Positions 1 to 8,207 of a DNA stretch of 35,441 nucleotides are shown here, piece by piece. The notes below the pieces were generated by a model. It was not told the DNA's origin. It made no database searches and was given only the letters and a program-made list of their open reading frames with translations. The DNA is from Pseudomonadales bacterium. GTDB lineage: Bacteria > Pseudomonadota > Gammaproteobacteria > Pseudomonadales > JANQMK01. The DNA is taken from assembly GCA_028280085.1 (NCBI GenBank), contig JANQMK010000062.1:1-35441 (forward strand), given 5' to 3'. The position numbers and the translations under genes are program-made. Position 1 is the first letter of the stretch, and each line of letters starts with the position of its first letter.

Positions 1-620
1 CGACTTGGTACTTCTTTTTAGTACTCTTTAACTTTTCGTACGCATTACTCTTAGATTTATTTTTATAATGAGTGAGTAAACTAATTGGGTACGCTTCTTT
101 GGCTCCGCCCAAACTTTATTTAACACTGCATCCTTTCGTTAATACTTGTCTTGTTACTTGCTTGTCTTGTAAATTTCGTGCGACTTGCTCTTAGTTACAC
201 CTTGTATCTATCCACCAGGTAACGGGTACCGCCAAGATCGATATTTAAGCGGAAATTTCCTTAGACTACATAATAATTGTATCACTGATATCAGCTGCCC
301 TCGACAGACCAAATCCACAAAAAAACTGCGAAATAATTACGTTGCCAGACTATCAGTTGAGCCCTTACTAAACATAAAAAAATATGTGCTTTACAGGCCC
401 GCAAGTGATTGAATTTCACATGAAAAACACCTGCTAACCCATTAAAAATAATGCATTATTGGCTGTAATTGGCAACGTATAAAAGGAGCTAATCTAAGGT
501 CATTTTGAAGTGTTATCGACCATTACTTTCGATCGTATTAATCATATTACTGCAGATCCAAATTAATGGCGTTAATGTTTGAGCGGCCACATCTTCGTAG
601 CATGTCAATGCAACAAAAAC

Positions 621-1274
621 TTAATAGGCCGTCGGCAGCTTACCATGAATAACTATATAGCGCTTATCAAAACTGATATAATTACCTGTAGTCAAATCTT
701 TTAGTATACGTGCCACCATCTCGCGGGATGCACCAACCCGATCTGCAATATCTTGTTGTGTGAGTCGTTCAGAAACGATGTATTCGTCATTACCTCTCGG
801 CTCAGCCAATTCAGTTATTACCTTAACTAAACGCCCATAAACATCCTTGAGAGCGAGACTCTTAACGTTCTCTGTGATGTGACGCACCTGACGCGTCAAG
901 TTCTTTAGCAAAGTAATAGAAATAGAAGGATAGCGTTCTAACAATTCTTTAAAGTCATTTTTATAAATAATGTAAAAGCTCGCATTATCTAGTGTCATTA
1001 CCGATGCTGATCGTTTCTCATCGTCCAATAAGGCTAACTCACCAAAGTACTCACCTTCTCCCATGGTGTTAATGACATACTCCTTGCCTCCTTTGTCGCT
1101 CAGAAAAACCTTTACCTTGCCACTTTCAATAACGTAAAGAGAATCAGCATTATCATCTTCATTGATAATAACAGTATTCTTGGAAAACTTACGATGAACG
1201 CTAACCTCTTCAATAGCCTGTATTTCTTCACCACCGAGACCCTCGAATAATTCCACTCCTGCAAATATAGACAT
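621..1274 (-). CDS. Crp/Fnr-family transcription factor (cyclic-nucleotide-binding domain + C-terminal HTH)
   Basis: 217-aa ORF. It has a cNMP-binding signature, FGELALLDDEKRSASV, with the Arg-Ser phosphate clamp. It also has a CRP-type recognition helix, QQDIADRVGASREMVARILKDL. Confidence 0.9.
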   Translation of the reverse strand: MSIFAGVELFEGLGGEEIQAIEEVSVHRKFSKNTVIINEDDNADSLYVIESGKVKVFLSDKGGKEYVINTMGEGEYFGELALLDDEKRSASVMTLDNASFYIIYKNDFKELLERYPSISITLLKNLTRQVRHITENVKSLALKDVYGRLVKVITELAEPRGNDEYIVSERLTQQDIADRVGASREMVARILKDLTTGNYISFDKRYIVIHGKLPTAY

Positions 1275-1620
1275 AGCGATTTTTCACCTTCAATTCAATT
1301 GTTAAATCACAATAACAGACATTGACCTCAGTTGCAGTAAACTGTTCCTCGCGCCCACATCAGCCATACACCTGAAACCCAAGCCGCCGCAAAAGCAGAC
1401 AATGGCAGAGTTAGCAAAGACTTAGAACAATAATAGACCAATTCAACAGTGATGTTACAACTGTCAACACAACAAGGCTATAATGGAACGCGAACAAAAC
1501 CAATAATACGCTGTCTCAGCTAATAAATTAGCCGCTTAAATAGTAAATATTGTCATTTTTCTTTGAATGCCGGACAATTAGACTACTTACTAACCCAGAT
1601 TATACTGATTAAAGTCAAAC

Positions 1621-3147
1621 ATGGACTCCAGCCAATTTCTGCATGAGATTCAACGCCAAAGTCAAAAAATCTGTAAATTAATCACACAGCTTGTTTCCGC
1701 CATCCATGGCTGTTCTTCGATTGACTTCGCTGACAACGTGAGCCGGCTTTCCCAAAGCGCTATCGAACTCACCGACTTTACCAAACAATTAAATCAAATG
1801 CAGGCACACAGCGAAGAACAATTAAGGGATGTGCGACATGATTTCAGAAACCTATTAAACGCCGTCACCGGCTATTGCGAAATGGTTGATGAAGATTGTG
1901 AAGGTCACCCCGCCATTCAACCGCACACCACGGCACTACTAGAAGCGACAAGTAAAGCACAACACCTATTTCAAACAACAACTCAAACACCACAACATTA
2001 TTCCGCCACATTTTTCAATGACGACAAACCGTTTGCTGAAATACCAACAGAACCCGGTCATCTGTTGGTGATTGACGACAAACAAAGTAATCGTGATATT
2101 CTCAGTCACTATTTGCAAAAACTTGGTCATAGTGTATCGGCTGTCAGTTCAGCTAAACAAGCGCTGGAAGCCTTGAACCAACAGAGCTTCGATCTCATAT
2201 TACTGGACCTCATTATGCCGGAAACCGACGGTTTTCAGCTGCTAAAACAACTAAAAGCAGACGAAGATAAGCGGGCAATTCCCGTAATTATGGTGTCTGG
2301 TATTGATGATACTGAAGGTGTTATTCAATGTATTAAAGCAGGTGCAGAAGACTATCTTACCAAACCATTTAATCCCATATTATTGGAAGCTCGACTTAGC
2401 GCCTGCCTTGAGCGCAAGCGCTGGCATGATCGAGAAATTTCAATTCTTAACGAGTTAGAAAAGCGCAACCGATTTATTCGTCATACCTTCGGCCAGTACC
2501 TAACAGATGAAATCGTGAATAACCTATTAGAAAACCCTGATGGCCTCGATTTAGGCGGCGCCTATCGGCAAGTAACGATTTTAATGACAGATATACGTAA
2601 TTTTACCAATCTGTGTGAACAAATGAAGCCAGAAAGAGTCGTAAAATTACTTAATAATTATTTGGGCGTCATGACCAACGTTATTATGGATTATCGCGGC
2701 ACGGTAGACGAATTCATCGGTGACGCCATCCTAGCCCTATTTGGCGCACCGGTTCAACGTGAAGACGATACTGATCGCGCCGTTGCCTGCGCTATAGCGA
2801 TGCAGCTAGCCATGGAAGAAGTTAATAGTAAGAATCGACAAGATGGTTTACCGGAAATCAGTATGGGCATTGGCATTAATACCGGCGAAGTAATCGCTGG
2901 CAATATTGGTTCAGATAAAAGACTAAAATACGCTGTTGTCGGCAGGCATGTAAATCTAACTGCACGCGTCGAAAGCTTCACCAAGGGCGGTCAAATTCTC
3001 GCTTCACAGTATACCATCGACGCTATGACTTCACCTTTAACTATTACTCACAGTGAATCTGTGCAGTTGAAGGGTATACAAGATAAAGTCCTTATCCATA
3101 ATATCCAAGGTATATCCGGCAACTATAATCTAGCGCTAAAAGATTAA
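1621..3147 (+). CDS. Multidomain signalling protein: N-terminal H-box/DHp-like segment, REC receiver, class III nucleotidyl cyclase
   Basis: 508-aa ORF. H-box-like VRHDFRNLLNAVTGYCEM (His73). REC motifs: LVIDDKQ, DLILLDLIMPETDG (Asp196), VIMVSG, YLTKPF. Cyclase motifs: VTILMTDIRNFT (Asp324), EFIGDAILALFGAP (Asp368), GINTGEVIAGNIG, VGRHVNLTARVES (Asn445, Arg449). Confidence 0.9.
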   Translation: MDSSQFLHEIQRQSQKICKLITQLVSAIHGCSSIDFADNVSRLSQSAIELTDFTKQLNQMQAHSEEQLRDVRHDFRNLLNAVTGYCEMVDEDCEGHPAIQPHTTALLEATSKAQHLFQTTTQTPQHYSATFFNDDKPFAEIPTEPGHLLVIDDKQSNRDILSHYLQKLGHSVSAVSSAKQALEALNQQSFDLILLDLIMPETDGFQLLKQLKADEDKRAIPVIMVSGIDDTEGVIQCIKAGAEDYLTKPFNPILLEARLSACLERKRWHDREISILNELEKRNRFIRHTFGQYLTDEIVNNLLENPDGLDLGGAYRQVTILMTDIRNFTNLCEQMKPERVVKLLNNYLGVMTNVIMDYRGTVDEFIGDAILALFGAPVQREDDTDRAVACAIAMQLAMEEVNSKNRQDGLPEISMGIGINTGEVIAGNIGSDKRLKYAVVGRHVNLTARVESFTKGGQILASQYTIDAMTSPLTITHSESVQLKGIQDKVLIHNIQGISGNYNLALKD

Positions 3148-3162
3148 AAGGATGTGATTGTC

Positions 3163-3528
3163 ATGGCAGTTATATTATTAGTTGAAGATAATGAAATGAA
3201 CCGAGACATGCTTTCTCGGCGCTTAACACGCAAGAGCCACACGGTATTACTTGCGCAAGATGGTCAACAAGCAGTTGACATGGCTATCGAGCACAAACCT
3301 GACATTATCCTTATGGACATGAGTTTGCCAATCAAGGACGGCTGGGAGGCAAGCAAAGAAATCAAGGCCAATCCCTCGACAGAGGACATTCCCATTATTG
3401 CTTTAACCGCCCATGCAATGGAGGGAGATAAGCAAAATGCAATTGAAGCAGGCTGTGTCGACTATGATACGAAACCCATTGATCTGCCAAGACTATTAAA
3501 GAAAATAGATCACTGGACCACAACCTAA
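3163..3528 (+). CDS. Single-domain CheY-like response regulator
   Basis: Motifs VEDNEMNRD, IILMDMSLPIKDGWE, IIALTAHA and DYDTKP. It starts 16 nt after the cyclase stop, so an operon is likely. The start is ambiguous: ATG 3163 follows AAAGGA, and GTG 3154 is the alternative used by the ORF track. Confidence 0.88.
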   Translation: MAVILLVEDNEMNRDMLSRRLTRKSHTVLLAQDGQQAVDMAIEHKPDIILMDMSLPIKDGWEASKEIKANPSTEDIPIIALTAHAMEGDKQNAIEAGCVDYDTKPIDLPRLLKKIDHWTTT

Positions 3529-3632
3529 TATAACTTAGCCTATATGCTAATTTATCTCATACTATGATTTACCCAGATGTTCATTGACCAAGCCAAACAC
3601 TATCAATTAGCTTAAAACAACTTGCAATATTT

Positions 3633-5084
3633 ATGTCCGTACCAATAAAGCAATATTCATCAACAAAGCAGCAACGTGTGAAACGGCATACGATATTGGT
3701 ACTGATTATGATCGCTATGCAGGGCTGTGCAACAACCAGCGTTTTTATTGCCTATCCAGGCAAGGTTCAACCCTTGCTAAATAAAGTCAACCAGAATGGC
3801 ACTATTGATTTACCACCAGTATCAACAAGTAGTGGACCAGATGAAGTTCTTGACTACTTAGAAAAGGGGCGTTTGGCGCAAATTACTCAACAGCCCGAAC
3901 TCAGCAAAAGCTATTTCAAACTCGCTATTGCTTACTTTAATCAGTTATCCCATCAAGCGCAAATTAGTGCGACTGATATTGGCCAACAAAGTACGTCTTT
4001 GTTATTAAACGACAATATCATTAATTACCAGATACCAGGCTATGAACAACTCTATGTGCATCATTTCCAAGCGCTTAATTATTTATTTGAAGGTAATCTC
4101 GAAGCAGCCGGTGTAGAAGTTAGGCGAGCCAATCAGGTACAAAAGAAAATAAAGACGCAATATGAAGCCGACCTCAGTAAAGCTCGTCAACGCGCCGAAG
4201 AACTGCCCATCAACATTGGCCCAGCAGAAGATCAGGTTAACGCTCTTTTTAGTACTACAGAGCATGAATCAAATAAAATAAAAAGCTCATTTGATAATGG
4301 CTATGCTTTTTACGCCTCCGCACTAATCTATGAGCTGAGAGGAGAGTATGACCACGCTTATATTGATTATAAAAAGGCGCTAGCTATAAACCCCTCAAAC
4401 CAAATATTATTGCGCGATGTACAGCGTGTAGCGCGACAACTGGGGCGCCATGAAGATCTGGCAAGAATAACGGCTGAAGTAGGTCCACCCATGTTAAAAG
4501 AATCAAATGATGCGGAAATTATCATCTTTTACGAAGCTGGCTTCGTGCCGGCAAAAACAGATGTTACTATTCCAATCACCAATTACCATGATCGCGCAGT
4601 TGTTATTTCTTTTCCTATGTACCAACAGCCTCTTTCCAACCATTATCCACTTGAACTCTACACTGAGTTGAGTCCTCCCACCATTTCATACCCTCTAACT
4701 AATACCTACATCTTAGCAAGTACTGCGCTCAAGGAGCGCAGTATCAGTACTATAGTACGACAAGTCGGCCGCGCAATTACCAAAGTTGAACTGACCCATA
4801 AATCAGAGAAGGCTGGCGGTAACGTCGGGGCTGTATTAGCGAGTATTTATAATCTTGTCTCCGAACAAGCCGACCTGAGAAGCTGGCTCTCGCTACCTTA
4901 TCGAGTAGATGTTATCCGAAAAACGATTAAACCTGGGACAAAAGAGGTTGTTTTTAGACCACAGGCAAGTACCCTCTCGAAAACAGTTCCCCTAAATATC
5001 GAACCAAACACGGTTACTGTAATCCAACTAACGAATACGGGAAACCAATTATTTTCACGCACGACCACCTACGATCGCCAGTAG
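3633..5084 (+). CDS. TPR-containing lipoprotein of unknown function
   Basis: 483-aa ORF. Signal peptide with lipobox (LIMIAMQGC). TPR-like segment YAFYASALIYELRGEYDHAYIDYKKALAINPSN. It is the first gene of a tight three-lipoprotein cluster. Confidence 0.75.
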   Translation: MSVPIKQYSSTKQQRVKRHTILVLIMIAMQGCATTSVFIAYPGKVQPLLNKVNQNGTIDLPPVSTSSGPDEVLDYLEKGRLAQITQQPELSKSYFKLAIAYFNQLSHQAQISATDIGQQSTSLLLNDNIINYQIPGYEQLYVHHFQALNYLFEGNLEAAGVEVRRANQVQKKIKTQYEADLSKARQRAEELPINIGPAEDQVNALFSTTEHESNKIKSSFDNGYAFYASALIYELRGEYDHAYIDYKKALAINPSNQILLRDVQRVARQLGRHEDLARITAEVGPPMLKESNDAEIIIFYEAGFVPAKTDVTIPITNYHDRAVVISFPMYQQPLSNHYPLELYTELSPPTISYPLTNTYILASTALKERSISTIVRQVGRAITKVELTHKSEKAGGNVGAVLASIYNLVSEQADLRSWLSLPYRVDVIRKTIKPGTKEVVFRPQASTLSKTVPLNIEPNTVTVIQLTNTGNQLFSRTTTYDRQ

Positions 5085-5105
5085 AGAACAATGGGAGAAA
5101 TGGAT

Positions 5106-5564
5106 ATGAAAAAAATGACTAATAGACTTGCCCTGGCTGCGTTAGTCTTAATGACAGCCTCACTCACATTGATTGGCTGCCAAAACAATGCCGGACTTCA
5201 AGTACAGCATGATCCCTATAACATAGAAACCAATAACCAAGTGACCGATTACAAATTTGGCAATAAACTGATTGTCTCACAGATCATAGGTGATATTAGT
5301 GGAGGTTTACACAATGGTAATGTCGTTATTAAAAATACCACTAAATCGAGCATGAACTTGCAATATCAATTTACCTGGTACGACCAAAATAATCGCGAAA
5401 TGGACATTGACGGAAGTGCTTGGACTCCCATTACCGTCTATGCTAAGAACCAAAAGACCCTCAGTAGTATCGCACCGAATCCAACAGCAACTCAGTTCCG
5501 TGTTAGTATTCGAGAGTTAAATGCAACTAAAGTTTTTAAAACGAACTTGCTGGGCATAAAATAG
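5106..5564 (+). CDS. YcfL-like (DUF1425-type) small lipoprotein
   Basis: Signal peptide with lipobox LTLIGC and a beta-rich ~130-aa mature part. It sits immediately upstream of an LpoB-like gene, as ycfL does in E. coli. Start chosen at ATG 5106, 8 nt after GGGAG; the ORF track starts at 5091. Confidence 0.6.
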   Translation: MKKMTNRLALAALVLMTASLTLIGCQNNAGLQVQHDPYNIETNNQVTDYKFGNKLIVSQIIGDISGGLHNGNVVIKNTTKSSMNLQYQFTWYDQNNREMDIDGSAWTPITVYAKNQKTLSSIAPNPTATQFRVSIRELNATKVFKTNLLGIK

Positions 5565-5615
5565 TTCGTGTTAACAAGACACTTAGCAACACCCAACAAA
5601 ACGAGAGGATTACCC

Positions 5616-6209
5616 ATGAAAATCTTTACCCTGATCACCCTATCTTTTATTTTGGCTTTAACTGCTGGGTGCGCCAGTAAAGTCCAATACGGTGATGCCC
5701 AAGCCGTAGAAACAGTTGATATAACTTTTGGCTCAACCGACTTGCAACAAATCGCGGGGAAAATGGCAGATTCACTCCTCGCATTTCCACCGATGGTTAA
5801 AATTACTCAACAAAAGCGACCGACACTCTTAGTCGATCGTATAAAAAACAAAACCACTGAACATATTGATACCGAATCTGTTACTGATACCATCGTCAAT
5901 AAACTACTGCGGTCAGGCCAATATCGTTTTGTCGACATGTCCAACATTGACGCAATTCGCAAACAGTTGAACTATCAAGCAACGGGAGGCTTAGTTGATC
6001 CGGCTAAGGCTGCGAAAATCGGCAAACAAACGGGCGCCGAATATATGATTTACGGCAATTTAAGCTCAATCGAAAAATCTAACAAAAAGGAAAAGGATGT
6101 CTATTATAAATTTACCCTTAAACTAGTCAATCTAGAATCCGGTATTCTTGAATGGCAGGATGAAAAGGAAATTCGCAAAAACGTTTCACGCAGTCTGTTT
6201 GGTCTTTGA
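5616..6209 (+). CDS. lpoB: LpoB-like penicillin-binding-protein activator family lipoprotein
   Basis: Lipobox LTAGC. The pattern PTLLVDRIKNKT...YRFVD...GAEYMIYGNL...LKLVNLESGILEW matches the LpoB/COG3417 fold pattern. Start set at ATG 5616 after GAGAGGA; the ORF track's GTG 5568 adds an unlikely N-terminal extension. Confidence 0.7.
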   Translation: MKIFTLITLSFILALTAGCASKVQYGDAQAVETVDITFGSTDLQQIAGKMADSLLAFPPMVKITQQKRPTLLVDRIKNKTTEHIDTESVTDTIVNKLLRSGQYRFVDMSNIDAIRKQLNYQATGGLVDPAKAAKIGKQTGAEYMIYGNLSSIEKSNKKEKDVYYKFTLKLVNLESGILEWQDEKEIRKNVSRSLFGL

Positions 6210-6244
6210 GGTTAAGTTCTACATATCTAGCGCCAACAATAAAA

Positions 6245-6290
6245 CCAGGCCATCTCTGAATAATTAAGAAATGCCTCAGGGGTGACCTAG
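6245..6290. repeat. Copy D of a ~45-nt hairpin-forming intergenic repeat (core CTGAATAAT)
   Basis: Sequence ccaggccatctctgaataattaagaaatgcctcaggggtgacctag. The arms are partly complementary. It starts 36 nt after the lpoB-like stop and resembles the copies at 17859, 24972 and 35098. Confidence 0.75.
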
Positions 6291-6406
6291 CAATAAAACA
6301 TCTGATAGCCTCAGTAACAACGCTTTGATTTATGCAACGGCTGGGGCTACCACATTGTCTCTATTCGCTACCCACTGCGCTGGCACCGTATTATCTATAA
6401 GTGGTT

Positions 6407-6448
6407 ATCCATAAGTAGTTACCTATAAGTTATTAACCACAAATCGTT
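6407..6448. repeat. Three tandem degenerate 14-bp direct repeats
   Basis: ATAAGTGGTTATCC / ATAAGTAGTTACCT / ATAAGTTATTAACC lie head to tail, about 135 bp upstream of the metallophosphoesterase start. A TAATAGCCA pair follows at 6466 and 6482. Confidence 0.7.
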
Positions 6449-6581
6449 AACTCTATCTCGCCAACTAATAGCCAAAGTCATTAATAGCCACGTCACTTAT
6501 TACTCATCCAACTAGTCCAACTATGTAATGACGTCTATGCTAATAAAGAGATAGCATTCACTTTATTCGTGTAGTATTGAG

Positions 6582-7439
6582 ATGTATACATTCAAATTCG
6601 ATAAAGGGTCAAATACAGCTGTATTACTATCTAAGGTAATCAATCTGCTTTCTCTTAAAAATCAAGCTATTAAAAATACACTGGACTACAATATATCGTT
6701 CAATGTTATTCCAGTTAAAGGGCTCGACCCAGCTTTTGAAAACTATCGTATCTTACACCTCTCTGACCTCCATATTGATGCCATCGCCGACAACGCGACG
6801 AAATTATTCAACACCATCAAAAAGCTCAGCTATAACTGTTGCGTGTTAACGGGCGACTACAAGTTTGATGCTTACAATTCAAATAACGATTGCTGCAAAA
6901 CATTAATGAAGACACTAATTGACAAGATCGATAAACAAGATGGTGTTTTCGTCGTCTCAGGCAATCATGACCCTGATGAAGTTATTGACTACATAGCCAA
7001 TACTAATGCCCATATGCTTAACAATAGTGCCCATAGCATTATAAAAAATAACGCTCGACTCAACATCATTGGCGTCATTGATCCAGTCCGCCGACAAACC
7101 CATGATTTGGCTAAAGCTACTCATTACGTCACTCGGGCAGATACGAATATTCTATTAGTGCACTCGCCTGAGCTAGTTTATGACGCCGTACAATACCCTG
7201 TCGATATCTATTTGTGCGGCCATACCCATGGGGGACAAATGTGCCTACCAGGTAACATCCCCGTGCAGAACAGGCCTGGTTGCGAGCGGCAGTTTATATC
7301 AGGTTGCTGGCAATATCAGCATATCACTGGCTATACCTCCCGCGGTGTCGGCACAACAGGTGTAACTGCTCGATTTTACTGCCCACCAGAGATAACTGTG
7401 CACACCCTAAGACGCTTCAAAGAGCCAAAATATCATTAA
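6582..7439 (+). CDS. Calcineurin-like metallophosphoesterase (YaeI/CpdA-like motif set)
   Basis: 285-aa ORF with the ordered motifs LSDLH, GDY, GNHD, VHSP and GHTHGGQ. Confidence 0.85.
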   Translation: MYTFKFDKGSNTAVLLSKVINLLSLKNQAIKNTLDYNISFNVIPVKGLDPAFENYRILHLSDLHIDAIADNATKLFNTIKKLSYNCCVLTGDYKFDAYNSNNDCCKTLMKTLIDKIDKQDGVFVVSGNHDPDEVIDYIANTNAHMLNNSAHSIIKNNARLNIIGVIDPVRRQTHDLAKATHYVTRADTNILLVHSPELVYDAVQYPVDIYLCGHTHGGQMCLPGNIPVQNRPGCERQFISGCWQYQHITGYTSRGVGTTGVTARFYCPPEITVHTLRRFKEPKYH

Positions 7440-7778
7440 CACAACAACCATAAAAATATATTCATATAGCTGCGTCAAGCAATACCAAATATAAGCCATC
7501 CGTTTTTTCAAACCTACCGCTTCATCATTGCAGCCTCAATATTCCATCAGCATAACGACAAAATTAAGTTGCATATTTTTCTATCACAGCAAAGAAAAGC
7601 TATAGAAAACCACCAACTCTGTAGCAGCGTATCACCATAAAGTAAGTTACACTAGGCAGTGTCCGTAGCCGTTACGCTCTACCATCAAAAACAATGAGGG
7701 GCCAATCAACTGGCAACCGGACTGGCTACTAAAAGTTAAGTCAATTAAGACAATAGAGTAGACTAAGCAGGGATAGCA

Positions 7779-8207
7779 ATGATTCTCATTATTTTTTCTA
7801 ACATATTTCTGGTGAGCGTCTGCGTGCTCATTCACTTTGAAATGCTGCTCATGCTATCCAAGATTATCCCTAAATTATCTGTACTACACCGATTAAGAAT
7901 TGTTTTTGGTATTTTCGGTTCTCTATGCGCACACGTTGTTGAGGTGTGGATTTTTGCACTGGGCTATTACGTGTTAATACAATCAGGTCACTACGGAGAA
8001 CTAAATGGCGAATTTCACGGCACGCTGCTCGACTGCGTTTACTTTTCTTTTACTACCTATACCTCCTTAGGGCTCGGAGATATCTACCCAACCGGACCAC
8101 TTCGCTTTCTTGTCGGCATTGAATCACTGACTGGCCTTGCATTAATCACCTGGACCGCATCATTTATGTTTCTTGAAATGCAGAAATTTTGGAACTCTAA
8201 ACACTGA
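7779..8207 (+). CDS. Minimal two-TM pore-loop ion channel (Ion_trans_2-like), no regulatory domain
   Basis: 142-aa ORF with hydrophobic helices flanking the pore-loop signature FTTYTSLGLGDIYP (a T-x-G-x-G-D filter). Confidence 0.72.
   Translation: MILIIFSNIFLVSVCVLIHFEMLLMLSKIIPKLSVLHRLRIVFGIFGSLCAHVVEVWIFALGYYVLIQSGHYGELNGEFHGTLLDCVYFSFTTYTSLGLGDIYPTGPLRFLVGIESLTGLALITWTASFMFLEMQKFWNSKH

Noticed and set aside
1-115. Open minus-strand frame running off the left edge (…LGGAKEAYPISLLTHYKNKSKSNAYEKLKSTKKKYQV)
   Set aside because: Only about 38 codons are visible, with no ATG (a TTG at best). The apparent Lys-rich coding may simply reflect the purine-rich strand. It cannot be supported from this window.
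185-412. 75-aa ORF in the left intergenic region
   Set aside because: It has no ribosome-binding site, an odd composition and no motif, and it lies in a repeat-rich non-coding stretch.
1298-1313. Palindrome ATTGT-taaatc-ACAAT 24 nt upstream of the Crp-like gene, considered as an autoregulatory CRP site
   Set aside because: The half-sites do not match TGTGA/TCACA when aligned at CRP spacing. A 5-bp arm palindrome in AT-rich DNA is weak evidence. Kept only as a note.
1404-1420. TGGCAgagttaGCA considered as a sigma-54 promoter upstream of the cyclase
   Set aside because: The GG-to-GC spacing is 10 rather than the required 12, and the -12 element lacks TTGC.
1621-3147. Possibility that the cyclase and the cNMP-binding protein form a Pycsar-type anti-phage pair
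   Set aside because: The cyclase is fused to REC and DHp signalling domains. The cNMP-binding protein carries an HTH DNA-binding output rather than a TM or TIR effector. The architecture fits transcriptional signalling, not abortive infection.
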